In this document: positions 1 to 8,520 of the stretch, one piece after another
Layout of the letters: every line of letters starts with the position of its first letter
How positions within the stretch are numbered: position 1 is the first letter of the stretch
NCBI GenBank assembly: GCA_041739995.1
Contig: JBGSMV010000053.1
Coordinates: forward strand, 1 to 33,736
Length of the DNA: 33,736 bases
Direction: 5' to 3'
Origin: Bdellovibrionota bacterium
GTDB lineage: Bacteria > Bdellovibrionota_C > UBA2361 > JBGSMV01
Notes under the pieces: generated by a model
Seen by the model: only the letters and a program-made list of their open reading frames with translations
What the model was told of the DNA's origin: nothing
Database searches by the model: none
Program-made: the position numbers and the translations under genes

Positions 1-96
1 ATTTCCAGAACCTTATAAAAGTTCGGTAACTGGAATTATGAGGCTTCAACCACTCAAACAGCTTCTCTTTGGTAACCTTTTTTATGAGGCTTATCG
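1..96. mobile_element. Putative terminus of an unidentified element interrupting pilT (continues beyond left edge)
   Basis: About 37% GC (36/96 by hand count) versus about 60% immediately downstream. In-frame TGA at 85-87 where PilT sequence is expected. Two 22-bp direct repeats. No recombinase gene in the window. Confidence 0.5.
25..92 (+). repeat. 22-bp imperfect direct repeat pair
   Basis: 25-46 GGTAACtggaaTTATGAGGCTT and 71-92 GGTAACcttttTTATGAGGCTT; 17/22 identical, 46-bp period. Confidence 0.85.
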
Positions 97-777
97 CCCA
101 CTGGCTCGGGCAAGAGCACTACTCTCGCCTGCTTCGTGGACTACTTGCAGCGTCAGGTGCGCAACCTGCACACCATCACCATCGAGGAACCCATGGAGTA
201 CTCTTACCAGGTTGCTCCAGGGGCAATCGTCACGCAGCGAGAGGTGCCGGTTGACGTCCCCTCATTCCACGAGGGCCTGCGTCAAGCACTGCGTCAAGAC
301 CCTGATGTGATCGTGGTCGGTGAGATGCGCGACATCGAAACGACCAGAACGGCGATCAGCGCAGCGGAGACCGGGCACTTGGTCTTCGGAACGCTCCACA
401 CGGTGAGTGCAGCAAAGACAATCGACCGACTCGTAGAACAGTTCCCCGGCACAGAGCGATCTCAAGTTCGCTCCCAGGTCAGCACTTGCCTTATTGGAGT
501 GCTGTGTCAGCAACTCATCCCCCGCAAAGACGGCGAGGGACGGGTGGCTGCCTTCGAGTTCATGGAGTGCATCAGCGCCATCTCGAACCTGATTCGCACC
601 GAGAAGACCGAATCGATCGAATCGACCATGCAAACCAGCGGGAAGTCACGCGGCATGCAGTTACTGGACGACCACCTGACGCGCCTGGTCCAGGCCGGCA
701 CTATCGATAAGCGCACTGCTCTTGAGTTCGCCAACAACCACGACAGGCTCTCGGCTCGACTCGCCGCTGAGCCCTGA
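97..777 (+). pseudogene. pilT: PilT/PilU-family type IV pilus retraction ATPase, 3' fragment lacking the N-terminal domain (interrupted gene)
   Basis: Frame from 97 reads PTGSGKSTTL (Walker A minus its first Gly), TIEEPMEY, LRQDPDVIVVGEMRD (Walker B), AAETGHLVFGTLH (His box) and AISNLIRT (AIRNLIRE-like). Stop at 85-87 upstream; no internal lesions downstream. Confidence 0.88.
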
Positions 778-953
778 ACGAGTGAACAGACATGCGGTCT
801 ACCGCTCAGCTATCGAGGTATTCTGGGAAGAGGGGCGCGCGCATCATGCGGAAATGAAACCAAAGTCTCCGCAGACACGGTCTTATATCCTTCATCGCAC
901 GCCCCTCAATTTTTAGACACAAGAGAAGAATGGCGCTGTCGTACTTCGAGCCT

Positions 954-1709
954 TTAAAATTTGATTTTTCGCACACCGTATTGCTCGAACTCTTCCTCAA
1001 TAGATTTTAGGACCGCTTTCGGTACCTGCCCACTTGCAGCCGCAATCGGGAGAAGCTCAGCGGCTTCGGACATATGAAAATACTGCACCGGCGGCGAGAG
1101 CGCTGCGAGGGCTTCCGCGACGCTTGCACCATCGTCGCGGCGCTCCATTCGGTTCGTCAACCCAATGGCGACTCGACAGTCAATCTGCGCTTCTCTCAAC
1201 TGCTGGATACAACCAATGAGACTACCCCCCGTAGTGGTGACGTCCTCTATCGCTACGGTCGCGCCTCTTGGCACCCCTAAGAAATATTTATCCTTGGCAA
1301 CCCCGTGCTCCTTGGGCTTGCCTCTTCCCATCGGAAGCACGTGAGACCCACTCGCAAATTTCCCAGAATTTTCGGCTAGTTTCATTTGAGCAAACAGGGC
1401 TGCTTTTGTCGCGCCCTCTGGCACTCCAAAGAGCGTATCGGGCATCTTTGCGAGCTGTGAGGTTCGAACTAGATCGGCGACAAACTCAACTAAGAAGCAG
1501 GAGAGCTCTCTAAGTAAAAAAGCGTCTTCAGAAACAGTTCTCCAGTTTACGTACCAGCAAGAACGCCTTCCTGATTTAAGCGTTATGGGCTCATCGAAAA
1601 ATCCAATAACTTTATGTTTCAACACAAAGTTATTAAACGCCGCTTGATCAAACTGATTCTCTTCAGAGCCACCGGTAGCAGCAGCAGAAGTTGCTTGCGA
1701 ATTCGCCAT
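954..1709 (-). CDS. pyrE: Orotate phosphoribosyltransferase-like protein
   Basis: LKSGRRSCWYVN, GRGKPKEHG loop and PRPP motif VAIEDVTTTGGS. ATG 1709 chosen because a GGAGG RBS precedes it. Confidence 0.8.
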   Translation of the reverse strand: MANSQATSAAATGGSEENQFDQAAFNNFVLKHKVIGFFDEPITLKSGRRSCWYVNWRTVSEDAFLLRELSCFLVEFVADLVRTSQLAKMPDTLFGVPEGATKAALFAQMKLAENSGKFASGSHVLPMGRGKPKEHGVAKDKYFLGVPRGATVAIEDVTTTGGSLIGCIQQLREAQIDCRVAIGLTNRMERRDDGASVAEALAALSPPVQYFHMSEAAELLPIAAASGQVPKAVLKSIEEEFEQYGVRKIKF

Positions 1710-1813
1710 GAGACTAAACCCTCCCCAACTATGAGACTCGCAGGGAATTCTGCCCGATTGCATCGAGCAAGGTCAAAAACTATCTCACGAGATAGGAGGG
1801 CCGAGCTGCCAGA

Positions 1814-2959
1814 CTATTCGGCAAAATATCGAAGGATCGCCCCCCAAGAGAGCCATGGTGCGCTAAAGGCGATAAGGACGTATAGCACGGCGATAAACTG
1901 CACGGCGGCAGCAGACTCTAGGACTCGCAAATTCCAGCGACTTCTGGGGTCCGTAGTTGTCATTTGAGTCTCTTGATTGGCGGAAACCGCCGCTTCTGAC
2001 TCTTGGTGTGTGCGATCTTCTTGCTCTTCAAGCGCTTGGGTTGCGGCCTTGGCAGTGGCCTGCGCAGAACCTTCAGCCCCTGGCACTTCCGCTGTTTGCT
2101 TCTTGAAAGCTTTGCTTGAAGCGCCTTGCACTATCGACTCTACCACAACCCCAGCTTCTACCGATTTGTGAACGGTTCGTTGCACCATGTCTCGTACAGA
2201 AAGATTCTTGGTGCGAATGGCTCCTATCTGGGTAGCGACAAGCCCGCGCTCATGTAGGGCCAGTAACCCATCCATAAAGTGAAAGTCGCTTAGCATGGCG
2301 CGCTCTCGAAGATGCTCACAAGAAAGCGGCGGCTCAAGGCAGTCATACAGAATTCGCTCCTCAACGGTGAGCACTCCCTCGGGCACTTCGGTGCGACTGA
2401 CCCAGCTTCCTGCAGGAAAAATGGAATGGTAATGTTCTTTGTTATGCGGCAAAGCCACCAAGTCTAAGAGTAGCTGCCCTACGGAGATCGTCGGGGCAAA
2501 CTCGCGATCTACCTCCACCATCTGCGGGTGAAACCTATAAACAGCCTCTCCCTCAAGTTCCAAGGAGTACACTTGATCGAGAATGCGCTGGCGAATGACG
2601 CGCCTATACACTTCAGCATCTAACTCATTGCCACTTTGGGCGAGCTGAAGGAAAAGATCTCGGTAGTAACCCGAGAAGCTCTGGCAATCTGGCTTTCCCT
2701 CATTCCCAGATTTTGACGTTTCACCATGGGGGCTCCATTGGAAACCCTCGGCAACAACCAAACCACGACGGAGCAGTTCCAGAGTCTCGTGAGCCGGCGT
2801 CTCCCCAGATATCAGCGCTTCGACGGCCTTCCCTTGTTGAAACCAGACCTCACACTTGCGATCTGGATAGGAAAGCTCAAGCACGCCCTGACGACGCTTC
2901 TGCCCTATCTGGCGAAGTATAGTTTGAAGGCTCTCTTCTGATACTAGTCCGGTCTCCAC
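1814..2959 (-). CDS. DUF4388 domain-containing protein with C-terminal TM helix
   Basis: N-terminus G-x(5)-SLQTILRQIGQKRRQGVLEL...EVWFQQGKAVEA is typical of DUF4388. Hydrophobic C-terminal segment. Confidence 0.75.
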   Translation of the reverse strand: METGLVSEESLQTILRQIGQKRRQGVLELSYPDRKCEVWFQQGKAVEALISGETPAHETLELLRRGLVVAEGFQWSPHGETSKSGNEGKPDCQSFSGYYRDLFLQLAQSGNELDAEVYRRVIRQRILDQVYSLELEGEAVYRFHPQMVEVDREFAPTISVGQLLLDLVALPHNKEHYHSIFPAGSWVSRTEVPEGVLTVEERILYDCLEPPLSCEHLRERAMLSDFHFMDGLLALHERGLVATQIGAIRTKNLSVRDMVQRTVHKSVEAGVVVESIVQGASSKAFKKQTAEVPGAEGSAQATAKAATQALEEQEDRTHQESEAAVSANQETQMTTTDPRSRWNLRVLESAAAVQFIAVLYVLIAFSAPWLSWGAILRYFAE

Positions 2960-2963
2960 AGCG

Positions 2964-4853
2964 TTACTCCTCTCTCTCTTTGAGATGCCATCCGGCGTAA
3001 ACCGTTCCGATCAGCCAGAGGCCAAGGAACGAACCTAATAGCGGTTTTATGCTTGGGGCGACCTCAAACAATTCTAAAGCTCCCCATGGCCATCCAAGAA
3101 ATGGCATCGCGAAAAAAATCGGAATTGAAAGCAAAATCAAAGCGATACCGGGAAGCCCAGCCCAGAGAGCCGTACCGCCTGGAATGAGCCGAACGAGTAA
3201 ACGAAGTGAACGGCTCGGCACTCCAGCCGCGTAAAGAATCTCCTTTCGCACTCGCCGAGCAGGCGCTCCCTGGACAAGGAAAAGAAGGACCAATATGGCC
3301 CCGAGGGCAACCAATAAGATCGGATGGGAGCCATACATCATCGCCTGCGCACTCAGCGATGCGCGGATGAGTATCTGGTCGTCCAGTGGGCTCTCCGGAG
3401 CGAGCACCGCTTGCAGCGCATCAAAGAACGGCAGAGGAATTTCAGCCAAAGCCAAGGGACTACGGTCTCCAAATCTTTCTTCGCGCTCCCTTAGGTCAAG
3501 GGTGAGACCAGGATTAGAGCGCTCGACCTCGGTGGAGAGCGCCAGGCTTTGATCTATCTGGAACTTAGCGAATGCAACCTTGGAGAGATTCAACGTGAGC
3601 GCATGCCCACTAAGGCCCAAACTCTGCGCTTCAAGCAGCTTTTTCTCCGCGGCTTCAAAATCACCCTGCATGTAATCGAGAAGTCCCAACTGAGCAACCG
3701 CGAGGCGAGCGCTGGACGATCCAGCCTGCTTCCACATGGCCTGAGCCCGAGAGAACGAGGCCTGAGCATTCGAAAGTGCGCCCTCTCGACGCTCCGCCAC
3801 TCCCAACACGTACTGCAGCTCAGCAGATCCCTGATAATCGAGAGCAAGCTTAGAGAGAACTAGGGAATCGCCTAAACCTGCATGTCCAGCGCTACTGCGT
3901 ACGAATTCCGAAACCCTCGGAGCCGAAAGATAGAAGTCAAGTGACTCTCTAATTGGAATAAGCGCTCCCCATAGTCCGATTACCACACCGGCGTATAGGG
4001 CAAGCCACCGTCTCCGGGGAAGGACTACGAGTATGGTGAGCCCCCAGCACATGAGTGCCCAGAGTGGTCCCGCAACGATTGGCAGAGTGAGCAGCGTCAA
4101 CACTCCCACAGGCGCGATCACCCCACGAAGTTTCTGGTAGCTTTTTAGTCCAATGAAGCGCAACGGAGCATTCATCCCCAGCGCGAATGCCAGCACCATG
4201 AGGACATACAGCGAAATGGTGAGTCCCCAAAGCATCGGATAAATTGCCGTCGACAGTAGAGAGAGCTGAAATGCTCGATCGCTGCCAATTGTGGCTGCAA
4301 CATTAAACACCTGCTGCAAGAAGCTCTGATACCCGCTTAGATGACTCACGCGCATGGCGCGAAGCGAAACCTCCGCCGAAGCTGGTGACAGACGATAAGC
4401 CCAACTCACCAGCGCGGCCGCGAATGCGTGATCTCCTCCCGCAAGTGCATGCTCCGCGGTCTGAATAAGCGTAAGAGACCAAGACTCTGCCGACGAAAGG
4501 TCCAGCAGTCTCATCCTCTCGCCCACCGCCTCCAGCTCTTCAATTACTTGGCTACGCACCTGAGGCTCGGAGAGTCCTTGAGTCAACAATCTCGAAGCAC
4601 GATTCCACGAAAGGTTAAGCTTCTCCTGCGAACTCATGCGCAGCTCTAGCGGCTCAGGTGGACCGAGTATTTCTTGCGGTAGTGGCCCAACCAGCAAGGG
4701 AGGCTCTATCATTGTGATCTGCGAGGAGCTCGGTTCTAGGTGCGCAGTTTGCGCGACGCAGACCGAGGACGTGGACACAAGAGCGAGAAGCGTTAGCAAG
4801 TGCCAAAGCACGCGCACTCTCGCCAGAAGTTTATATTTTCTAGAATAAGTCAT
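2964..4853 (-). CDS. Multi-pass membrane protein with tetratricopeptide repeats
   Basis: 629-aa ORF with signal-like N-terminus, several hydrophobic helices and TPR-like segments (QYVLGVAERREG..AQASFSRA; AQLGLLDYMQGDFEAAEKKLLEA). Confidence 0.7.
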   Translation of the reverse strand: MTYSRKYKLLARVRVLWHLLTLLALVSTSSVCVAQTAHLEPSSSQITMIEPPLLVGPLPQEILGPPEPLELRMSSQEKLNLSWNRASRLLTQGLSEPQVRSQVIEELEAVGERMRLLDLSSAESWSLTLIQTAEHALAGGDHAFAAALVSWAYRLSPASAEVSLRAMRVSHLSGYQSFLQQVFNVAATIGSDRAFQLSLLSTAIYPMLWGLTISLYVLMVLAFALGMNAPLRFIGLKSYQKLRGVIAPVGVLTLLTLPIVAGPLWALMCWGLTILVVLPRRRWLALYAGVVIGLWGALIPIRESLDFYLSAPRVSEFVRSSAGHAGLGDSLVLSKLALDYQGSAELQYVLGVAERREGALSNAQASFSRAQAMWKQAGSSSARLAVAQLGLLDYMQGDFEAAEKKLLEAQSLGLSGHALTLNLSKVAFAKFQIDQSLALSTEVERSNPGLTLDLREREERFGDRSPLALAEIPLPFFDALQAVLAPESPLDDQILIRASLSAQAMMYGSHPILLVALGAILVLLFLVQGAPARRVRKEILYAAGVPSRSLRLLVRLIPGGTALWAGLPGIALILLSIPIFFAMPFLGWPWGALELFEVAPSIKPLLGSFLGLWLIGTVYAGWHLKEREE

Positions 4854-5535
4854 TGAGCAGCTCCTCTCTTTGCTGCGAATTCAAATTTGTAGTCGCTACG
4901 CTTCCCGGTCTAACTGTTCCACTTTCCTCAGATCGCATGAATCGGCGAAGCGGCTCGAGGAGCGGTGCTTCAATCATGGAGAAGTACTCTTTGCCTGCGG
5001 GTGAAATTTCAGGCGATGCATCGGCCCCATCGAACAGGCGTTTCAAGAAGATCGCCGCTTCCGATGCTACTTCGTCGTTGTCCGCTAAGGCCCGTCCAAG
5101 TTCCGCGGCCGTGTCAGTTGCTAAAGGATGAGGCTCTCTCTGCGAGCGCCCGTAGCTCTCTTCTGGAAATCCGCGCGATACTCGGGCTGCATTGCAACTT
5201 CCATGAAACAACTTGCCAAGAGGCGCGCAGGCCCTACAGCCCTTCGGCGTGGTCGAAATTTCAGCGACTATCTGAGTGAAGAATTCGCGGCGCTTGTCTA
5301 ACTCAAGAAAGATACAAAGCTGTCGAATGTTGGAGCGATACTTTGAGAACAGCACGCCCTTCATCGCCGGAGTACCAGCCGCTTCCTCCTCAGATGCCTC
5401 GTCCGTTCCCATTCGAGCAAGGTCATCCAGAGAGCGCCCCTGAGCCTGCACAAGAGCAGGACTGCTCCAGTGCGCACAAAGCAGCAGCGAGCACAAACCA
5501 AGCATGGAGATGGCTCTGAGTAGCAATTTCGGCAC
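4840..5535 (-). CDS. Hypothetical exported protein
   Basis: GGGGAG RBS before GTG 5535; signal-peptide-like N-terminus ending VQA; CRAC plus further Cys; overlaps the next gene by 14 nt. Confidence 0.65.
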   Translation of the reverse strand: MPKLLLRAISMLGLCSLLLCAHWSSPALVQAQGRSLDDLARMGTDEASEEEAAGTPAMKGVLFSKYRSNIRQLCIFLELDKRREFFTQIVAEISTTPKGCRACAPLGKLFHGSCNAARVSRGFPEESYGRSQREPHPLATDTAAELGRALADNDEVASEAAIFLKRLFDGADASPEISPAGKEYFSMIEAPLLEPLRRFMRSEESGTVRPGSVATTNLNSQQREELLNDLF

Positions 5536-5691
5536 AAAAAACTCCCCAACCAGAACACCCCCGTCAACCCAAGCGTAGAAGGGGATCCTAATTTCTCCTG
5601 GTGGTGATCGGCGCATTTCTGACTTAAGCTTAAGAGTCTCCCGCACTTATCTATAAACTTAGATCTTCGTAGTATTTTCAGGTGGTTGCAT

Positions 5692-6708
5692 ATGGTGCCG
5701 GTCGATAAAATCACGGTAGCTGAGAGTTTAATTGCCCAAAACCCCTCCTCGACGTACTGCGTGCCACCGGTTCATGTGGCAGTACGCTTCCTCCAGAGAA
5801 CCCTCGGCCTCCTATTTCCGCAGCTTCGCTCTGAAGATTTAGCGTCCCAGGGCGTGCATGCTTCAACAGGACGGACGCCCCCTGCACGTTCCGGCAGTCC
5901 TGAAAGCGAGCCGGACACCGTCCTGACGAAGCAGAGTGAAAAAGAAGGCGCTGCCAGCCCCTCTTCCGATGCCCATAGAAATGCGTCTCCAGAGTTACTT
6001 GCTCAATGCACTGCTCAGCTAGAAGAGATCGAGCGTGACCTTATTCACGTACTGCTGCCGCTCGGTGAACAGTTGCCGAGTAATGCTGCAGAAATATCGG
6101 CTCAGTTTATTTTGGCTCTGCCGGAACTGAGAGATTTAATGCTCACCGACGCGACCGCCATTCTATCAGGGGACCCAGCAGCAAAAAGCTTGGACGAAGT
6201 GATCGTCTCCTACCCCGGCTTCTTTGCGACTGCTACGCACCGTATTGCGCACACCTTCACGCAGCCAGAGGTGCCGCTCCTTCCTCGTATACTCTCTGAG
6301 TACGCGCATCAGCGCACCGGAATCGACATTCATCCCCGTGCGTCAATTGGACCTTCCTTTTGTATTGACCATGGAACCGGTATTGTGATCGGAGAAACCT
6401 CCGTACTTGGAGCCCATGTTAAGCTGTATCAAGGAGTGACGCTTGGAGCCTTGAGCGTGGACAAGAACTTAGCGAAATCAAAGCGACACCCCACCATCGA
6501 GGATCATGTGGTGGTGTACTCGAATGCGACTATTCTTGGCGGAGAAACCGTAGTCGGTCATCACTCCACCATTGGCGGAAACGTCTGGCTCACCAACAGC
6601 GTACCCCCCCACTCCACTGTCTATCACCGCGGAGATGTTATTCTAAAGCAAGGGCCAGGGAGCTCTAAAGATAGTGCGATACTCACTCCCCTCAAGACCG
6701 AAGAATAG
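5692..6708 (+). CDS. cysE: Serine O-acetyltransferase (CysE/EpsC type)
   Basis: GDPAA, SYPG, TGIDIHPRA, IDHGTGIVIGET, YQGVTLGA, KRHPTIED; hexapeptide repeats. Confidence 0.92.
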   Translation: MVPVDKITVAESLIAQNPSSTYCVPPVHVAVRFLQRTLGLLFPQLRSEDLASQGVHASTGRTPPARSGSPESEPDTVLTKQSEKEGAASPSSDAHRNASPELLAQCTAQLEEIERDLIHVLLPLGEQLPSNAAEISAQFILALPELRDLMLTDATAILSGDPAAKSLDEVIVSYPGFFATATHRIAHTFTQPEVPLLPRILSEYAHQRTGIDIHPRASIGPSFCIDHGTGIVIGETSVLGAHVKLYQGVTLGALSVDKNLAKSKRHPTIEDHVVVYSNATILGGETVVGHHSTIGGNVWLTNSVPPHSTVYHRGDVILKQGPGSSKDSAILTPLKTEE

Positions 6709-6726
6709 CAGCTAGTGTCCTGAGTT

Positions 6727-6839
6727 AGGAGTTCGATGAATAATTCTCGCCGAGCTCGCTGCTCTCTTTGTGAATACAGTTAATGCAATACACAATGAGT
6801 TCAGCGAGAACAGCGAGAAAAATACTTATTTGAACTTCT
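6727..6839 (+). repeat. Long imperfect palindrome downstream of cysE
   Basis: AGGAGTTCG 6727-35/TGAACTTCT 6831-39; TTCTCGC 6744-50/GCGAGAA 6813-19; CTCGCTG 6755-61/CAGCGAG 6802-08; TTGTG 6768-72/CACAA 6791-95. Confidence 0.75.
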
Positions 6840-6858
6840 GAATGACCCGTGTTTCTAT

Positions 6859-6940
6859 CTTCGTGCGCTTTGTGGTCTTAGTGGTTTAATCAAATTTAGG
6901 CCGATTTCTAGAGTTTGTAAGCACTGCCAAAACCACCAAG
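6859..6940. repeat. Partial 9-bp-periodic palindromic element
   Basis: CTTCGTGCG CTTTGTGGT CTTAGTGGT (6859-6885) with truncated partner AAACCACCAAG (6930-6940). Similar to the element at 8434-8510. Confidence 0.6.
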
Positions 6941-7008
6941 GTTTAGTTTTTCAGAGATTCCCTAGCTAGTATGCACCAAGGCAAATTATCAATTTCTGTT
7001 TCGCGAAG

Positions 7009-7104
7009 AATCAAGCCTGCGCTATTGCCCAATCTTGGTATCCGTTCATGGGGTAAAATTAATTGGTGATGTTAGGTAGTTATTGGGCAGAAAAAGGCTT
7101 GATT
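7009..7104. repeat. Inverted repeat
   Basis: AATCAAGCCT 7009-18/AGGCTTGATT 7095-7104 and TGCCCAAT 7026-33/ATTGGGCA 7082-89. Confidence 0.75.
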
Positions 7105-7322
7105 GGTGGCAATTCTGTGGACGTACCAAGCCTGTTCGGGTGCGGATCGGGTGCAGCTGCATTTTGTGAACGGATAGCATTTTAAGCCCCGACTTGCTTC
7201 GCAAATCGGCTCCTTAGGGGGTATCGCAGAATTGAGTTTTGATTGCGGTGACCTGTGACAACCCGTGGACGGTTACGATATAGTAACAACTCGTTTTAAG
7301 TATTTGAGAAATTAAAAGGCAC

Positions 7323-7961
7323 ATGAGCGAATCCATCCTCGAGGCATTTGCGGTCCTAAGCATTCTAATCGCGTCAGCTATCATACATGAAGTGGCACAC
7401 GGCCTCGCCGCAGAATACCTCGGAGATCCAACCGCGCGCGCCAAAGGAAGAATCACTCTCAACCCAATTCCTCACATAGATTTGTTTATGACCATTCTGC
7501 TTCCCCTAAGCCTGGTATTGGTTGGCTCTCCTGTGATTTTTGGAGGTGCCAAGCCGGTGCCGGTCGATCCTCGATATTTTTCAAACCCACGCGGCGGCAT
7601 GGGAATCGTCGCTATCGCAGGACCACTCTCGAACTTTGTACTGGCTGCCGGATGCCTCGCGCTCTCGCATCTCAGCTTTGCGATTGACGGCAGCGACGCG
7701 GGGCTGCTTGCTATTGTAGGAAGCCTCCTGGGCATTGGGTTCTTGATAAATATGATCTTAGGTCTCTTTAACCTTCTACCGGTGCCTCCACTCGACGGAG
7801 GGCGCATCGCAGTGGCACTGCTTCCGCTCGGTCTCGCTCGAAAATGGGCTCGCCTTGAGCGATTCGGCCTTTATATTGTAGCTGCCCTACTCTTTTCAGG
7901 AATGGTTGGCACAATACTTGGCCCCGTTCTAAACTTTTTGTTGAGCTTACTACCAAGCTAA
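7323..7961 (+). CDS. Site-2 protease (M50 family intramembrane Zn metalloprotease)
   Basis: HEVAH, LGDPTA..GRITLNP, AIAGPLSN, FNLLPVPPLDGG. Confidence 0.95.
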   Translation: MSESILEAFAVLSILIASAIIHEVAHGLAAEYLGDPTARAKGRITLNPIPHIDLFMTILLPLSLVLVGSPVIFGGAKPVPVDPRYFSNPRGGMGIVAIAGPLSNFVLAAGCLALSHLSFAIDGSDAGLLAIVGSLLGIGFLINMILGLFNLLPVPPLDGGRIAVALLPLGLARKWARLERFGLYIVAALLFSGMVGTILGPVLNFLLSLLPS

Positions 7962-7964
7962 GAG

Positions 7965-8402
7965 GTGAGAATAAAAATGAAAGTACTTCTAAATATCCGT
8001 ATGGCACTGTCATCCCGCTGCATCGTGAGATTCGGGACGATAGCCATGTTCTGCTTACTGACGATCGCCTGCTCGTCGACTCCTCAAAATGTCGCCACAC
8101 CCGCGAATCGCGAGCTTTCTGCACGACACCAACTGAGCGACGCATCAGTCGAAAACCTTGAGCGCACCAGAAACTCTAAAAAACTTATCATGTATTTTAA
8201 TCCGCGTTGCTCACATTGCTCGCGCGCAAAAGCCTGGCTCGATCAACGCGGGGAAACTTACGAACTGCGCAACGTTCAAGATCAGAAGTACCTAGAAGAA
8301 TTTCGTGCACTTGGTGGGAAGGGCGTTCCTATGTTCTTTAGAAACGGCAAGGAGCTGCGAGGGTTTGAACCTTCGGCGCTTGAAGAACTACTTCGCGGGT
8401 AG
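7965..8402 (+). CDS. Glutaredoxin-like protein, possibly a lipoprotein (start uncertain)
   Basis: CSHC motif, GVP cis-Pro loop, GFEP end; hydrophobic stretch ending LTIAC. Confidence 0.8.
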   Translation: MRIKMKVLLNIRMALSSRCIVRFGTIAMFCLLTIACSSTPQNVATPANRELSARHQLSDASVENLERTRNSKKLIMYFNPRCSHCSRAKAWLDQRGETYELRNVQDQKYLEEFRALGGKGVPMFFRNGKELRGFEPSALEELLRG

Positions 8403-8433
8403 CTTCGAATTGACGCCGTAGCTGTAGTCCTCT

Positions 8434-8510
8434 TTCTTTGTGTTCTTCGTGGTCGTTGTGGCGGAACAGACTTTGCGTTTCACCACAAAGACAGCGAAGA
8501 ACACGAAGGG
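8434..8510. repeat. 9-bp-periodic inverted repeat between convergent genes
   Basis: CTTTGTGTT CTTCGTGGT CGTTGTGGC (8436-62) pairs with ACCACAAAG ACAGCGAAG AACACGAAG (8482-8508). Confidence 0.85.
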
Positions 8511-8520
8511 GTTAAGCAAG

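Noticed and set aside
25..92. CRISPR mini-array
   Set aside because: Only two imperfect 22-bp repeats, differing in the middle, with no cas genes in the window.
2..310. Frame +2 ORF as the frameshifted N-terminus of PilT
   Set aside because: It lacks GLVLVTG and any other PilT N-domain motif; LKQL is only a superficial match.
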